64,000 nucleotides of DNA from Paraspadella gotoi (Eukaryota > Animalia > Chaetognatha): NCBI GenBank assembly GCA_051294375.1, contig CM119266.1, positions 14,302,755 through 14,366,754 on the forward strand, written 5' to 3'. Each line of letters opens with the position of its first letter. Within the stretch, counting starts at the first letter, position 1. This document shows, one piece after another, positions 27,300 through 41,087 of this stretch. The position numbers and the translations under genes were made by a program. The notes beneath the pieces are model-generated. The model was not told the DNA's origin. It saw nothing but the letters and a program-made list of their open reading frames with translations, and did not search any database.

Positions 27300-28784
27300 C
27301 GGATTACGGATTTTTTTGACAAATTGAGTCGATTTTCTTCGCGTTTATTGATGACTTGTCGTCGCTCCCTCGACCCGAGACATCCTTTCGCTCAAGGGCC
27401 CAATTTTTGGGGGGAAGAAGACGAGACGGAGGAAATCGAGGAAGTGAAGGAGGAAGAGAGAATGAAAGGGAGGAAGATAAGGGGAGATAGTGATATGGGT
27501 TAAGCCTCTAGGAAAGGTGAAAGGGTATGGTACCTGGGAAAAAGATTGAAGAGCGAAAAAAGGTCAAATGTTGTGGAGTGTAGAAATGAAAGTCCTTACC
27601 CTCTATCACCCGCCTCCTTTTCCAATCTCCCTCTCCTTACTCTCCCACGTCCCTACCCCTATTTCCCTTACCTTCCCTTTCCCTCCCTTCTCACCTCGCC
27701 GAACATCGAGTCTCATCATTATCCTGATAAATTGACTTTTCTCTCGCCACACGTTAATGATCGCCCTTTTCGTTCTGTGGCAACATCGACCACCCAAGAA
27801 TTCCCCCTCGAGAACCATCATCATTATCGTCGTCGTCGTCGTAGTCGTCTCTCGATCCCTCCATTGTTCATACATATCCATTTCGTGATATCAAAAAAAT
27901 AAAAGAAAAAACAAAATATATTTTCTATAAATAAATGTATACTTTAAAAAAAAATCGGCGGAGAGGAAAGTCCGTTTTTCGTTGGGTTCATATGTCAGGT
28001 TGTCACGGTTGTCACGAATGTCACGGTTGTCAGTAAGAATCGGATCTCAATTTTTTTTTATTTCTGTTTTTTTAATACTTCGATGGGGGGAATTCTCTTT
28101 TCTTTTTTTTTCTTTCCCATCGTTGTTCTTTTGTTCGAGTCATTTCGCTCTCCTACAACTCTTTTTTTTTCTTTTATTTTATTTATTTTAATAAACTTGT
28201 TTGTTTTTGTTTTTCGTCCTCAAAAGGAAAAAAGATACGTTTCATACTTGGCGGTGGGAACTCGGAATTATTTTCTTCGGGACTTTCAAATTTATCTTTT
28301 GGAGAAATTCTAGATTTAGATCCCAATTTTTTTTGATCCGCAGCTCCATTTCAATTTCAGAGCTAAAATCTTTCTTTTTATTTATTTTTTCTTATTTCTA
28401 GTAAAAGGAAATTATTATGGCGAAAAACGTTAAGTCGAATAATACGATTTGGATTTTTTTTTCTTTTTAGTTTTTCTTCTCTGAAATATATCGAGACAGA
28501 CTTTACTTTTAACGACGGAAAAAATGCGCGGAATGAAAACAAATTTTAAAAATTCCACATTTCGCTTTCTCTCTTTCCTTCCCCTCCCTTCCCTTCCCTT
28601 CTTTTCCCTTCTCTTCGCTTCTCTCACTTTCCCTTACCTTCATTTTCCCTTTATTTCCATACTTTTTCTGATCTTCCATCTCCTTCGCTTCCTTTCCCTT
28701 TGCGTCTATTTCCTTACCTTTTTCTTAACTTTATCTTCTTTTTATAATTTTCTTCTCTTTCCTTTTATACGTACTTTCTCTTCA

Positions 28785-28945
28785 CCTCCCTTCCCTTCCC
28801 TTTACCTTCCCTTCCCTTCTCTTCCCTTCTCTTCCTTTCCCTTCCTTCCCTTCCTTTCCCCTTCCCTTCCCTCCTTCCCTTCCCTTCCCTTCCCTTCCCT
28901 TCCCCTTCCCTTCCTTCCCTTTTACCTCTCCCTTACCTTCCTTCC
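28785..28945 (+). repeat. (CCCTT)n-like pyrimidine repeat abutting the exon 2 acceptor
   Basis: Imperfect CCCTT/CCTT tandem units. Confidence 0.8.
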
Positions 28946-28975
28946 TAATTCCCTTTACCTTCCTTATCCCCGCAG

Positions 28976-29173
28976 AGAAATTCGTGGAGACGACGACGAA
29001 GACTTACCAGGATTCGAACCACGTCTCCCCCTCTTCCTCCTCCTCCTCTTCGTCCAAGTCTTCCCATCGGGCGGATCTCAGCCCCGGCGCGGTCCCGATT
29101 ACATCCGGGCCTTTCACCTCTCCGGCAGCCGGGGTTTCCCCCGGGGGGTCCTCTGGAGCGGGCAGTGTATCCA
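28976..29173 (+). CDS. Tbx20: Tbx20 coding exon 2
   Basis: Long polypyrimidine tract and CGCAG acceptor (28971-28975). Splicing to exon 1 gives PL-EKFVETTT (TBX20: PLEQFVE). Ser-rich body. Donor A|GTGAGT at 29174, phase 1. Confidence 0.88.
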
Positions 29174-29239
29174 GTGAGTTTAATCTTATACATACTTATT
29201 TATAAAGTCATAAAACTAAAAATCTCTTGGTAGATTAAT

Positions 29240-29305
29240 TATAATTTATTTATTTATTTATTCATTTATTCATTTATTCATTTATTAATTAATTAATTAG
29301 TTAAT

Positions 29306-29384
<79 letters not shown>

Positions 29385-29440
29385 CTTATTTATTTATTTT
29401 TTTTTAATTTATTTATTTATTTATTTATTATTTATTAATT
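29240..29440 (+). repeat. (TTTA)n microsatellite filling most of Tbx20 intron 2
   Basis: Tandem ATTT units, directly visible. Confidence 0.9.
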
Positions 29441-29474
29441 ATTTGTTTTTTTAATTTTATTTCCTCTATTTCAG

Positions 29475-29619
29475 ACGGGCCCGGAAGCAATACTGGCATG
29501 GTGGTGCAGCAACAAGGCTCCGAGGATCTGTCATCCATCCAATGCCACTTGGAGACCAAAGAATTGTGGGACAAGTTCAACGAACTTGGAACAGAGATGA
29601 TAATCACAAAGTCAGGGAG
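29475..29619 (+). CDS. Tbx20: Tbx20 coding exon 3, start of the T-box DNA-binding domain
   Basis: TTTCAG acceptor. In frame with exon 2: [49 protein letters not shown]. Donor AG|GTGAGT at 29620, phase 2. Not in the supplied ORF track in this frame. Confidence 0.95.
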
Positions 29620-30289
29620 GTGAGTACAGTTTTTCTTTTTTCTTCCATTTTTGAGTCTTTTTTTTCGTCTTTCAATGGTGAAGAACAAAGAGAGAAAAAA
29701 AAACGAAATATCGATCGCTCGGTCTCTTTCTAAATAAGAGGTTAGGAAAAGAAATGCTTTTGATTTTACGCGAGTAATAAATTAACTTTAAAATTATGAC
29801 TTATTCGCTTTTCATTAAGACAAAAAAAAACCGCGAGAGAAAGAGAGAGAAAAGTCATTGGAGGTGTCGCTGACTCGGCATTGACGAGTGAGCTGCCAAA
29901 ATAAATTAAAAATTTAAAAAACTGGAAGCGTCGACGATTTTGGAGTTTATTGATGAGGCATTCGCATTCCGGTGGTCGGGAGTTCGATCCCAATCGACTT
30001 CCGATTTTGAAAAAAAACAGATGTAGTGATATTAAGATCACCATCAGCGGCAGGAATATAGCGGCGACGCCCTTCGAGGTGCAATGGTGCATTTGTGGCA
30101 TGAAATACCCTGTTACCCGATGTTTCTTTTCTGTGGAGCATCGATGCTTCGAACGTTATATCCTCGATGCCGTAAATGCCGCGGATGCCGCAGCCGACGC
30201 TTCATCGATGCCCAAACCGATTAGATCTTTTTTTTCCGAACCTTTACCACCGGCGAAAGCAATAAATACACATTTTCTTGTCGAAAGAG

Positions 30290-30338
<49 letters not shown>

Positions 30339-31619
30339 GAGAGAGAGAGAAGAGGAGAAGAGAAGAACAGAGAAAAGGAATCGAGGTAAATCGATGTCCA
30401 CCCTCCGCGAAATAAAGGGAGATTTTATCTAATTTTAAGAATGAGACGGTCCGCTCATAACGAGTATCCGATGGAACCTCGACGACAGACGAGTTTCTTT
30501 AAAATATCGTTAGATTAACAAGAATATTCTCAAATATCACGAAGCCAGAGCATTTTTTTAAAAATTGGTTTGCGATATAGTTTATGATTTGTTGTGTAAA
30601 TATTTATAATATTCGCGAGTACAACGTTTACCTTTTAAAATTACAATTTGGGTCGTAACTCAGCCGCTTTTCTTTTCCTCATAGTCATCCACCCAAAGTA
30701 TAAATCGCGATCGGAAGGCGAAACAAAACGCGATGCCACCCAAATTCTCATTTTTCATTTTTCTTTTTCGATCGAGAAATTAAAAAGAAAACACACAAAC
30801 ACACACACACACACAGAGAGAGACTCACACGAAAAACAGAAATGGTTTATGATATCGAGTTTTTTTTTTCCGAGATCGATCTTTTTTTCGAAGTCATTGA
30901 TTCGAAACGCGAGAAATTATGGGCGCTTTTTCGAAATCAAATCCGAGGAAATATTATCGACTTTTTTTTTTCTGAGACAAGCGGACGAATTTTCGCCCTT
31001 TTCTTTTCCGAGTCAAATCAGGAATGAGTTACGATCGGAGACGAGTAGATAAGTTTAAATCGACAAGAACTTTTAGCCGTAAATTCTATAAGCGAACGGT
31101 TTGTGCAATTGAGGGAAAATCAAGGGAAGCAGTGAGCAGTGAATCGAGCCTTTCATAGTATGCTTTGTCCCCTTTGGCTTCGTCAGGTATTGAAACGCAA
31201 AAAAGTTAATCTAGTTGATATAAAAACTAATTCAATTATTTTATGTCACTGTGTCCTTGCATAATGATAGATTACAATCAACCAAACTGTCTTGCTAATG
31301 ATTCAAATCATAACGAGATCTAACCACGACTTTGCCTCTAAAAAATAAATTTCACGTTGACTCGACTCACAACTCGGTTTCACGATTTCGCAATTCGTCA
31401 ACCGCCTCACGAATTTTCAAGCCAAGACCCACAATTCAAGTTCGCCTTCACAACACCCCCACCTCCTTATCCACTCCCACCCATCCCCGCCACAACCACC
31501 TCCTTTCTCCCACGCGCGAGATATGGCAGAAGGAAAAGCCAAGACGCCCCACGCTTCTGCCTCTCAATGACAGATTGGCAAATTGGCAACTTCGCGAATT
31601 GGCAACATATCTTGGTAGT

Positions 31620-31697
<78 letters not shown>

Positions 31698-34588
31698 CGT
31701 TAATTTCGGGTAAGGGCCCCATTTCCATGCTCTGAACCCCTTTCCTCTTGACGCAAACGGCTTCGCGGTCTCACTATATTTTTTTCCCTGGTTATTTTTT
31801 CGCCAGAATTCTCTAGGTTTTTTTTCGATGCGGCGACGCATCTCTCTAAGAGAACAAATCGCACGCTTTATCGCTAACAGTGAGCGCATCGTCATAATAG
31901 AATCTAAATTATTAGTCTTTCAGTAAGCACTTGTTTTAATGTGATTCCGATCGTGAAAACCTACTGTTTCAAAATTACTTTCGGTTCTTTTAAATTCTCC
32001 TCTCAGCATCTGCCTTCTCTCAGATGTCGCTGACATGAAGGGAGTGCCACGCCCAGAATCGAAAATCAACTCGCGAGGTTTTCTACTCTTTCCTTTCACC
32101 TCGAAACCGACGCGACGAGAATGTAGAGTCTGGGATTAGCGCTGAACTCGATTCTTCTTTCTAATGTAGGAGGGGAAAGTCCTTTTCTGCTCTACTCGCA
32201 TTGTTCTTGCGGTTGAAAATTTCTTAAATAAGGGTCCAAACCAATAATAAAAATAATTATAGTTATGAGAGCATTTATATTATATCTTATTGAGTAATTT
32301 GAGAAAAAAAAATGTTGTTTTGATTTAACTTTTCCGTCTCATTCGACGTCGGGTCTAACGGAAATGGTTGGTCCATCAATAACCGAGTATGAGGCCGCTG
32401 TTATTTCAACGACAATAAACTCTGCGCCGCGCAGGTGCCTTCTCTCTCTCTATCTCCTCTCTCTCTTCTCTCTCTCTCTCACTATTCCTCTCTCTCCTCT
32501 CTCTCTCTCACTCTTCTTCCTCTCTTCCTTCTTTCTCTCTCTCTCAACGCCCCTATTTCCCGGAAGTTCTGGCAGACTTTTCCACTTCCTCCGAATCCCC
32601 GTTGTTTATGGCGGCGGCGCTGGCGTACGGGCGTGGCGTCGTTTCTGGTGGCGGCTTGGCTATTGCGCCTTCTGCTATTATGCGTTTTTTTTTTTCGGTA
32701 GCCCCGTAACTCCCGGAATGCACAGAATGCATTCCACGATTATTCCGAATAATTTACATAAAAACATCCGTGAAAGAACTTTTTTTTTCACGAATCGTCG
32801 TTTCCGCATTTTTTTTAAAAAGAAATAAAATCTCACGGAGAAATAAATCTCGCTCGTTGAGTGAATTTCCGGTTTTCAACTTCAAAGAAAACTATAAAAA
32901 ATTCTAACGGAGTCTTTCACCTTTTTTTATTTTATCCGGTTGATAATTCTTGAACTCAAATATTTTTTTATTGTTTGAAATTTGAAATTTATTATTTAAG
33001 ATATGAATAGTTTCTTTAAAACTATGCTGCTGTGACTTCATGTCAATTAAATTGCTTTATATTCGTTTGTTCTTTTATTATGTATTAACGTTGAATAAAA
33101 ATTCGACCGTAGTCGATTGGAATCTAATTATATCTTTGAACTACATGTTGCATATTTTATTTTTTGAAATTGTTAGAATTTATTTTTTACTTAAATTTTT
33201 TTTATATTAATAACAACGCTGCTATTTAAACTGCATTTTTTTTCTTCTAAATTCACCCGATCGATTTAATCAAATTTGTTTAAAAAAAAAAGATCACTAA
33301 AGTCATGTCATGTCACCGTCAAGAAAAAAAACCTAAATCCAATAGCCGAAACTCGCTTTCCTTTTTTCTCTCTCCTCTCAATTCCGAAATATCTTATCCG
33401 ACGGAATCTTCGACGAGTCACCGACAAAACCGAGCAAAACCGCGATATGCAAATGAGATTTTTGCGTCGCCGCAGAATCGGAACCGTCGCTCGCGTGGCT
33501 ACCGCGCGGTGCCGAGAGATGAGCCATTACGATAAGGCAAATTTATTCATTGGAGAAGGATTCGATTCTGCCTCTGTAAAAAAAAAGAGGGGCAGCAGCA
33601 GCAGCTCGGGCTGACGGAGCAGCGGGGTTGTCGGAGGCGGCGCGGAGTCTCTTTATCGCCGACTCTCATCGCTCGAGAAGCGAAATCAGATTTAGACCCG
33701 AGCATCGAGCGCGGGGTGCATAGCGGTGAACGCCTTTACTATGGAAATCTCGTGTAGCTTTTTATAAATATTCAACTAAAAAGCTTTACTAGAGAAATAT
33801 CATTTTTTAGCGATCCTACTTTTTGTACATCAAAATTCTCAAAAAATAATTATAACTATCAGTGTCAAGAAAACTCGCAAAATACGAATGTTGAAGCAGT
33901 GGAACGTGAAAAAAAAGCCGGAGCGGGCGGTTTCCATGGCGACGTAAATGGAGCTACTCGTTTTCGATCTCGTCCTCGACGCCACTCTTCCTTGCCCCTT
34001 CCCCCTATCCCCCCCCCCGACGAACAACTCTGACGTAACCCCGAAGCGGCGATTGGATCGAAGACACTAAATCAGCGACGCGCGAATCTTCGGCGGCAAA
34101 TCAACCGAACGAAGCCGAGAGATTTATCCGGATTTCCCGTCGAGGCGAGGGTGCGCTCTGTTGAGGGGGAGGGGGATTTGAAGGGGCGACGCGTGCGGGG
34201 CTGGATTTGGGGTGATGTGACATTCAGGTGACTTATTTGCCAGCGGCACAGTCTGTTTGCAGAAGTGACTTCATTTGGTGCGTTTTCTTTGTGTTTTTTG
34301 TTGGTGAGACTGAAGACTGACGAGTCCGAGAGAGATCGAGAGAGAGGAAGAGAGAGAAGAGAGAGAGAATAGAGAGAGAGAGGAAGGAAAAGAGAGAGAG
34401 AAGAGAGAGAGAGAGGAGAGAAAGATCTTTTGCCAGTGTTATGCTTTGGTTGGAATTTTTGGTAGGAACTAGCAGAGTGGATATATATTAGGAGTTGAGT
34501 TGTCAGGTCTCTTGTCTAACAGGAGTAGTTGGTGAAAGGAGGGGTCAAAAAGGAGTGGATTAAGGAAGAGAGACAGGAGAGGAAGGAG

Positions 34589-34630
<42 letters not shown>

Positions 34631-34904
34631 AATTTCGAGTTTTGATATCGAGTAAGAATCGCGGATCAAAATCCGGTTACAAAATCTCGTTACATCGAGA
34701 GATGGAATCTGCTTAAAAAAGTAGGAAGAGGAAAACAAAGAATGTGCTCGTGTTTACTTTGGTTCTTTTTTACTTTTTACTTTTTCATCAGAGACAGTGG
34801 ACAATTCGACACGTTTTTTTTTTTCTTCCCGATCCTTTCTTCGTTATCGTCGTCCTCATCGTCATTTTTTATTCGTTTTCGTTGTCATCCGCTTCTTCAT
34901 ATTT

Positions 34905-34935
<31 letters not shown>

Positions 34936-35102
34936 TCGTCGCTCTTCGTCGTAAATTCACCGTCACCGTCTTCGTCCCTCTCTCTTTCTCTCTATCCCTC
35001 ATCCGATAACAATCGCGCATTTTTTCTGCGCCTTCCGTCGGCGAGAAAGGGGGCGATTCGGGAACGCGGTCAAAAGGCGTGCGACTGCGCAATTAACGCG
35101 CG

Positions 35103-35224
<122 letters not shown>

Positions 35225-35645
35225 CTGAAGACAAAGCAATGTGCGTTGAGAACATGGCGGCGTTTTGGTATGACCGAGTTACGACCCGTCGCTAGGGACC
35301 CAGGAAATTGAAAGAACAGGAAGGGAACTTGTTGGAAATTGAAGGAAAACAGAGAGAAAACTTATTTTTCAGTGTTAATGTTTATTGATGATACCCATCT
35401 ATGCGATTAAAAAAATACATACGTACAGAGTCACATTTATGTTAAGTTAAAAAAATTCCATTGACTGCACTTGGACATCGATGCATCAGTCTTTCTGGCG
35501 GTCTTCCCCCGATTGCATCTGTCGATTAACGGGTGCAGCCGCGTCGTGGGCGCAGATGCGATTTCCTTCGCCGCCAAAGATCGAAACTCAAGATAAGAAT
35601 TTCCTCGATTCGTCACCCGAAATCTTCGCCGGAAGTCGAGACCAA

Positions 35646-35716
35646 GACGACGACGTTGACGACGACGACGTTGACGACGACGACGTTGACGACGACGACG
35701 TTGACGACGACGAAGT
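35646..35716 (+). repeat. 15-bp higher-order repeat (GACGACGACGACGTT)n, about 4.5 units
   Basis: (GAC)4 interrupted regularly by GTT. Confidence 0.85.
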
Positions 35717-36125
35717 GAGTGACGTTAAGGACGACGAAGTAAAACCCGACCACACAGCACCACGGTCAAATCTTCGACAACGACGGTGACGACGATAATA
35801 TTGACGATGACTACTGCCGAGATGGAGAGACGAACAGATATGAAACGACGACCCAAACAGTCGAAATGTTGGTAATGAGATTTTAATCGCGATTTCAGCG
35901 AAAACTTTCAAGTTTTAACTTTCTGATATTTTTTCACTTTTCTTTTTACTTTTTCCGTTTTTAATTTATTTTTTCTTTTTTCCTCCTTTTTTTCTTTCCT
36001 CCTTTTCCTCCTTCGTCTTCTGGGGCTTTCTTCAACTCGAGTGGCAAAATCGACCTTTGCAAAATTCCTACTCTGTCGCCAGTCTCAGTCTCGCTTTGGC
36101 ACTCTGTCTCAGTCCTTCTCCCACC

Positions 36126-36161
<36 letters not shown>

Positions 36162-37058
36162 NNNNNNNNNNNNNNNNNNNNNNNNNNNNNNNNNNNNNNN
36201 NNNNNNNNNNNNNNNNNNNNNNNNNNNNNNNNNNNNNNNNNNNNNNNNNNNNNNNNNNNNNNNNNNNNNNNNNNNNNNNNNNNNNNNNCTCTCCCATTTT
36301 TTCGCTCTCTCACTCCCGTCCTTAAGTGAAATATCCTCAATCACATTTGTCTGGTCTGGCGAGCGCGAGCGTGAGAGAAGTGAAAGCGAGAGACAGAGAG
36401 ACAGAGAAACAGAGAGAGAGAGAGTGGCAGAGAAAGAGACAGAGAGAAAGAGAGAGCGAGAGAGATAATCGAATTCATTTGGCAAACCTAATATAATTTC
36501 TCGCGCCGCCGGCACCTCCTTTTTACGCCCACTTCAACCTCAGTCTCCACGCCCACCTCAATCCTTCCACCCCCTCCCACCCCCACCCCCAATCCTCTCC
36601 CCCACCCCGTAAAGTCCCCCGTTCCCCGATCAATTATTCTTCCTCTGTTGTCAAAGCCTCCAGTCTAAGCGTCTCCCCGATTGTTCAAGAGAATAGAGTT
36701 TTAAATCTGTCACACTGTTGATGGTTCGATCGCGCCCGTCGCTGCTGCTCGGGGGGTGGGTGAGGAATGAGGACTGAGGAGTGAGGAGAGAGTTAGGGTG
36801 AGATGGGGTGAGGTAGAAAAGCGTAGGTTTACAGTTTGCAGGAGCCGGAAGGTTGAGGCGGTTAGCGATTTTAATATGTAATGAGAAAAGTAAAGAGAAC
36901 AAAAAATAATGAAATATAATAAAATAGTGACATCTCTCTCTCTCTCTGCAAGACTCAGACGCCCTCACCCTTCAAAGTTCCATCCCCACTTCGCTTTCGA
37001 AAGCCATTACCGGCTTTGATGGCGGACCTCGACGCAGGACCGACCATTATCTCCGAGA

Positions 37059-37180
37059 ACTTACCCCCTACCATCCACTTCACCAACCACCCTTGCACCA
37101 CTCCGCCTTCCGGCAAACGGGCGCCATTTTGGTGTCACGTGGCGAAACGACGTCCGCGAGCAAACGAGGGCCAATGAGGG
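37059..37180 (-). promoter_or_regulatory. Candidate minus-strand promoter and first exon
   Basis: CCAAT (37171), E-box GTCACGTGG (37134-37142), YY1-type CGCCATTTT (37122-37130) and ETS-type CTTCCGG (37107-37113), followed on the minus strand by donor GGG|GTAAGT at 37064. Confidence 0.4.
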
Positions 37181-37699
37181 GGGTCTAAAAGAAAAAAAGG
37201 TGTTGACAAAGAAATGGACGATTCTGCGAGTTGTGTTCAGGTTGTTAAATAATATTGGAGGCCGCCATAATCCTATTGAACTTGATTAGTAAAATTTGTT
37301 AATATGAGTTCTGTTGAAATTTTTGAGAGCTACACAACTCATCGTAGGTTAATCTTCTCCTCTACGTCTCTATCTCGAATAATACTAACATCCGCGAAAA
37401 AGGAGAACAATCGGGAAAGCCGTTAACATGCTATCTCTAATCTCTCTTCTCTCTTCTCCGTCAGTCTCTCAGTTGGCTTTCGGAGCTTCTCCCTCTTCTC
37501 TCTCTCTCTCTCGCTCTATAACATGTCTCCCTATCTATCTCTCACGAGTGGCAACCTTCCACGTCATTTTCTCGACCGCCTNNNNNNNNNNNNNNNNNNN
37601 NNNNNNCCGCCCCCCGCGTGTGCCGATCATCGAATTCTGTCAATTAGTCTCTTTGGCCAAACGATCGCCCGCCGCCGCGGACCACGCCAGCGTTTTGTC

Positions 37700-37795
37700 A
37701 ATCTCGCCATCACGTGACGCAGCAATTTCCGGTTCTCGTTGACGTCACTTATCGATTAGTATATTTAATTCTTATTTCAAGTTACGCGATTGGTT
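37700..37795. promoter_or_regulatory. Dense promoter-type motif cluster
   Basis: TCACGTGAC (37710), TTTCCGG (37726), perfect CRE TGACGTCA (37740), DRE-like TATCGAT (37750) and ATTGG (37789) within ~90 bp. Confidence 0.4.
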
Positions 37796-38080
37796 GTTTA
37801 CGTTTAAAGGTAAAAAAAGCGAAGGAATCAGAGGATGTTTCTTTTTTTTAATTGTTTTATTTTTTTTTTTTTTTTTTTAAATTGTATCAGTATTTTCTTC
37901 GCGTCCAGTCGGAACATCAGTTTCAGAAAATCGGCATCAGATTGAAGAATCGATTCCAGAGGCGGAAATCGGCTTCAGTTTCGGTATCGAATTCCGGATT
38001 CTTTTCCGGCTTTTTTTTTCTCGGGAAAAAATAAACCAGAAGCTAAATGATGAGGACGGACTCCAGATACTTTTTTTTTG

Positions 38081-38190
<110 letters not shown>

Positions 38191-38741
38191 GGGGAGGTCT
38201 TTCGGCTCCTCGTTGGCGATGCCGATTTTCGGCCCGTCTTTACTTGACAGACGGGGGTTTTAAGAAGGGTGGTTGGAAAGGTGGTTTTGGGTGGAAAGTT
38301 GGGAAGGAGGGATTCGAAGAGAAAATCGGTCCTGACGAACGATCGATTTCCGATTAGTTCGACGTCGACGGAAACGAACAAAAGACAAACGGAAAATAAA
38401 AAAAAATCCGAGGCATAAAAAATGGAAAGAAAACATATAAAAAAAATATAAACAACCGAAAAAATAAGAAATAATTTCTCTCGATAATGAAAAATGACTT
38501 TCGCGATAAATACAAGAATAAAAACTCACAAAATATACTGCGAAACTTGACGAGACCGGAACNNNNNNNNNNNNNNNNNNNNNNNNNNNNNNNNNNNNNN
38601 NNNNNNNNNNNNNNNNNNNNNNNNNNNNNNNNNNNNNNNNNNNNNNNNNNNNNNNNNNNNNNNNNNNNNNNNNNNNNNNNNNNNNNNNNNNNNNNNNNNN
38701 NNNNNNNNNNNNNNNNNNNNNNNNNNNNNNNNNNNNNNNNN

Positions 38742-38774
<33 letters not shown>

Positions 38775-38885
38775 GTGATCATGACCACAAAGAACGAAGG
38801 AAACATGACAGAGAAAAACAAATGCACGCGGAGACAAAAGCGAGTTTTGTGCTTTTTTTCGAACTCACTGACGCGCGAGAAATAA

Positions 38886-38922
<37 letters not shown>

Positions 38923-40551
38923 TCTTGAAAAAAGGTTCGGAAAAGGGATATCGATATGTGGAAAGATGAGGAAGAGGAGGAGGAAGAGGAACGGGACGAG
39001 GAGGAGGAGGGGACGACGTGAAGGAGGGTATGAAAATGAGCCTCTCAAAGGAAACACGATTTAAGCAAACAAATTGAAAGAGAGATAGAGAATGAGATAA
39101 AAAACTCTTTTTGAAAATTGCCCACTGACTGAGAGAAAAAAAATTTGGAGAAATGTAAAGAGGAATCTCTCTCTCTCTCTCTCTCGCTCTCTCGCTCTCA
39201 AAACGTAAGGGCGGGACCTGAGAAATCGGTTATTGCCGACAAAAGTTGAAATATTGTTCTTTTTTGAAAAAGTTCTTTTCAAATGTTAATCACAATTTTG
39301 TCAAGATTTGTCCACGTCGCGTCTTTAAAAAAACAACTACATTTTACAATTTAAAATTTAAGTCCAAAAGTCATCCCCACCCTCATTTTCTTTTTTTTTT
39401 TTTTTTAGAAATAAATCATTTCAGTAAATTCTATACATGCAAATTGATTTTCCGTAGATTCAGAAAAAAAAAAGAACAAAAAGCCACAGGGAAAAAATAA
39501 AATAACCCGTAAACGATCGAAACGATAAAATTGTGGAACCTTCGTCGGACCATCCTCCGCCAAAAATCCATTAAAAATAAAAGAACAAAATACCGAACGC
39601 GTGACCCGGAATACAAAAACAAAAGATCGCCTATGAATCGGAAAGAATCGGCGGTCATAGAGATCTAGTCCCTTTGATGAAGATGCGCGGTGAAATTCGA
39701 AAAGATTTCCCCCCCCCCAAAAAAAAAAGAAGCATACTCGATTTACTGAATCACGAATTTTGCCTGACTTTTAACCAGGTGTCGCTCGTAAAAAAAAAAA
39801 AAGAATTTTGCTTATTTGAGAGACCGAAAAACCCCGAATAATACAACCTAGAAATGGTTTTTTTTTTCTCTCTATTTCGCGATTTTTATCTTCGGTTTAA
39901 TCCCCGGGTTTACGGCTCGAAAACACCTGGGGTTGGATTTTTCCATTATCATACAATTAAGGGCAGAGGAGACTTTGGAACGAAGGAAAAAAAAACAAAA
40001 TTTTACGAGATTCGAAAAAAAAAATTGGAAGTTGGAACTTGAAAGTTTGCGGTTAGTTGACTGAGTCAGAAGCGAAGGAACTTGGAATGTCAATGGTTTT
40101 TGATATCATTTATTTTGAGACGATCATTTTTCGTCTTATCCTAAGATTCATCATTGATCATTTATTTCATTTATTCTAAGATTGTGAGGCCTCGAGGTAA
40201 AAGATGTTTCAAATGTATAAAAATTTAATATTAGGAGTAGCACAAGAGGCATTTTTGTAGTTTTTGCTTTTTGTATATCATAACATTTTATTAATGATAC
40301 AGAGGCACAAAAACTTATACAAAATATAAAAAATATACAAAATGTATGATATTTGAAATTAATATCTGAATTATAATATTTAACGTTTCTCATTCACAAC
40401 TTGGATCTGATGAGAGGGTGATCGTTGTAATTCTATTCAGCGAATCTTTTTAACCAATGAATAAAATGGACGGCGCCCNNNNNNNNNNATTTTCCTAATC
40501 TGTTTCGAATCCCATCCCAAGCCCACCACAATTTCCTCGGCATTAGCTCTC

Positions 40552-40585
<34 letters not shown>

Positions 40586-41043
40586 NNNNNNNNNNNNNNN
40601 NNNNNNNNNNNNNNNNNNNNNNNNNNNNNNNNNNNNNNNNNNNNNNNNNNNNNNNNNNNNNNNNNNNNNNNNNNNNNNNNNNNNNNNNNNNNNNNNNNNN
40701 NNNNNNNNNNNNNNNNNNNNNNNNNNNNNNNNNNTCTTACTTTCACCCTCACTGTTTTTCTTAAAAAAAGGGAAGAACAAAAAGAAACCAGAATGACAGA
40801 AATAGTGCCATCAGTTAATAAATATGTAGACGAAAAAGGGAATAAATAGAAAATAAAGAAAAAGCCGATTTTTTCTCTCTCTATATTTCTCTTTCCTTTT
40901 CTGTCTCTTTCTCTGTCTCCCTCCGTTTTAGCCCGTTGGGCACATAAAGCATTTGGTCCGGAACAGCCAATGACAGTTCTCAGACTCTCTGCTCCAAATT
41001 GATTGGTTTAGCGCCGAATCAGCGTCTCCCACCATTCTCTTCT

Positions 41044-41087
<44 letters not shown>

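Noticed and set aside
27990-28035. GTCACGGTT-like 9-bp unit repeated about four times
   Set aside because: Simple short tandem repeat with no spacers. It is not CRISPR-like, and the context is eukaryotic.
35481-35789. Acidic (DDDDV)n ORF
   Set aside because: Explained by the 15-bp GAC-based repeat, with no other coding evidence.
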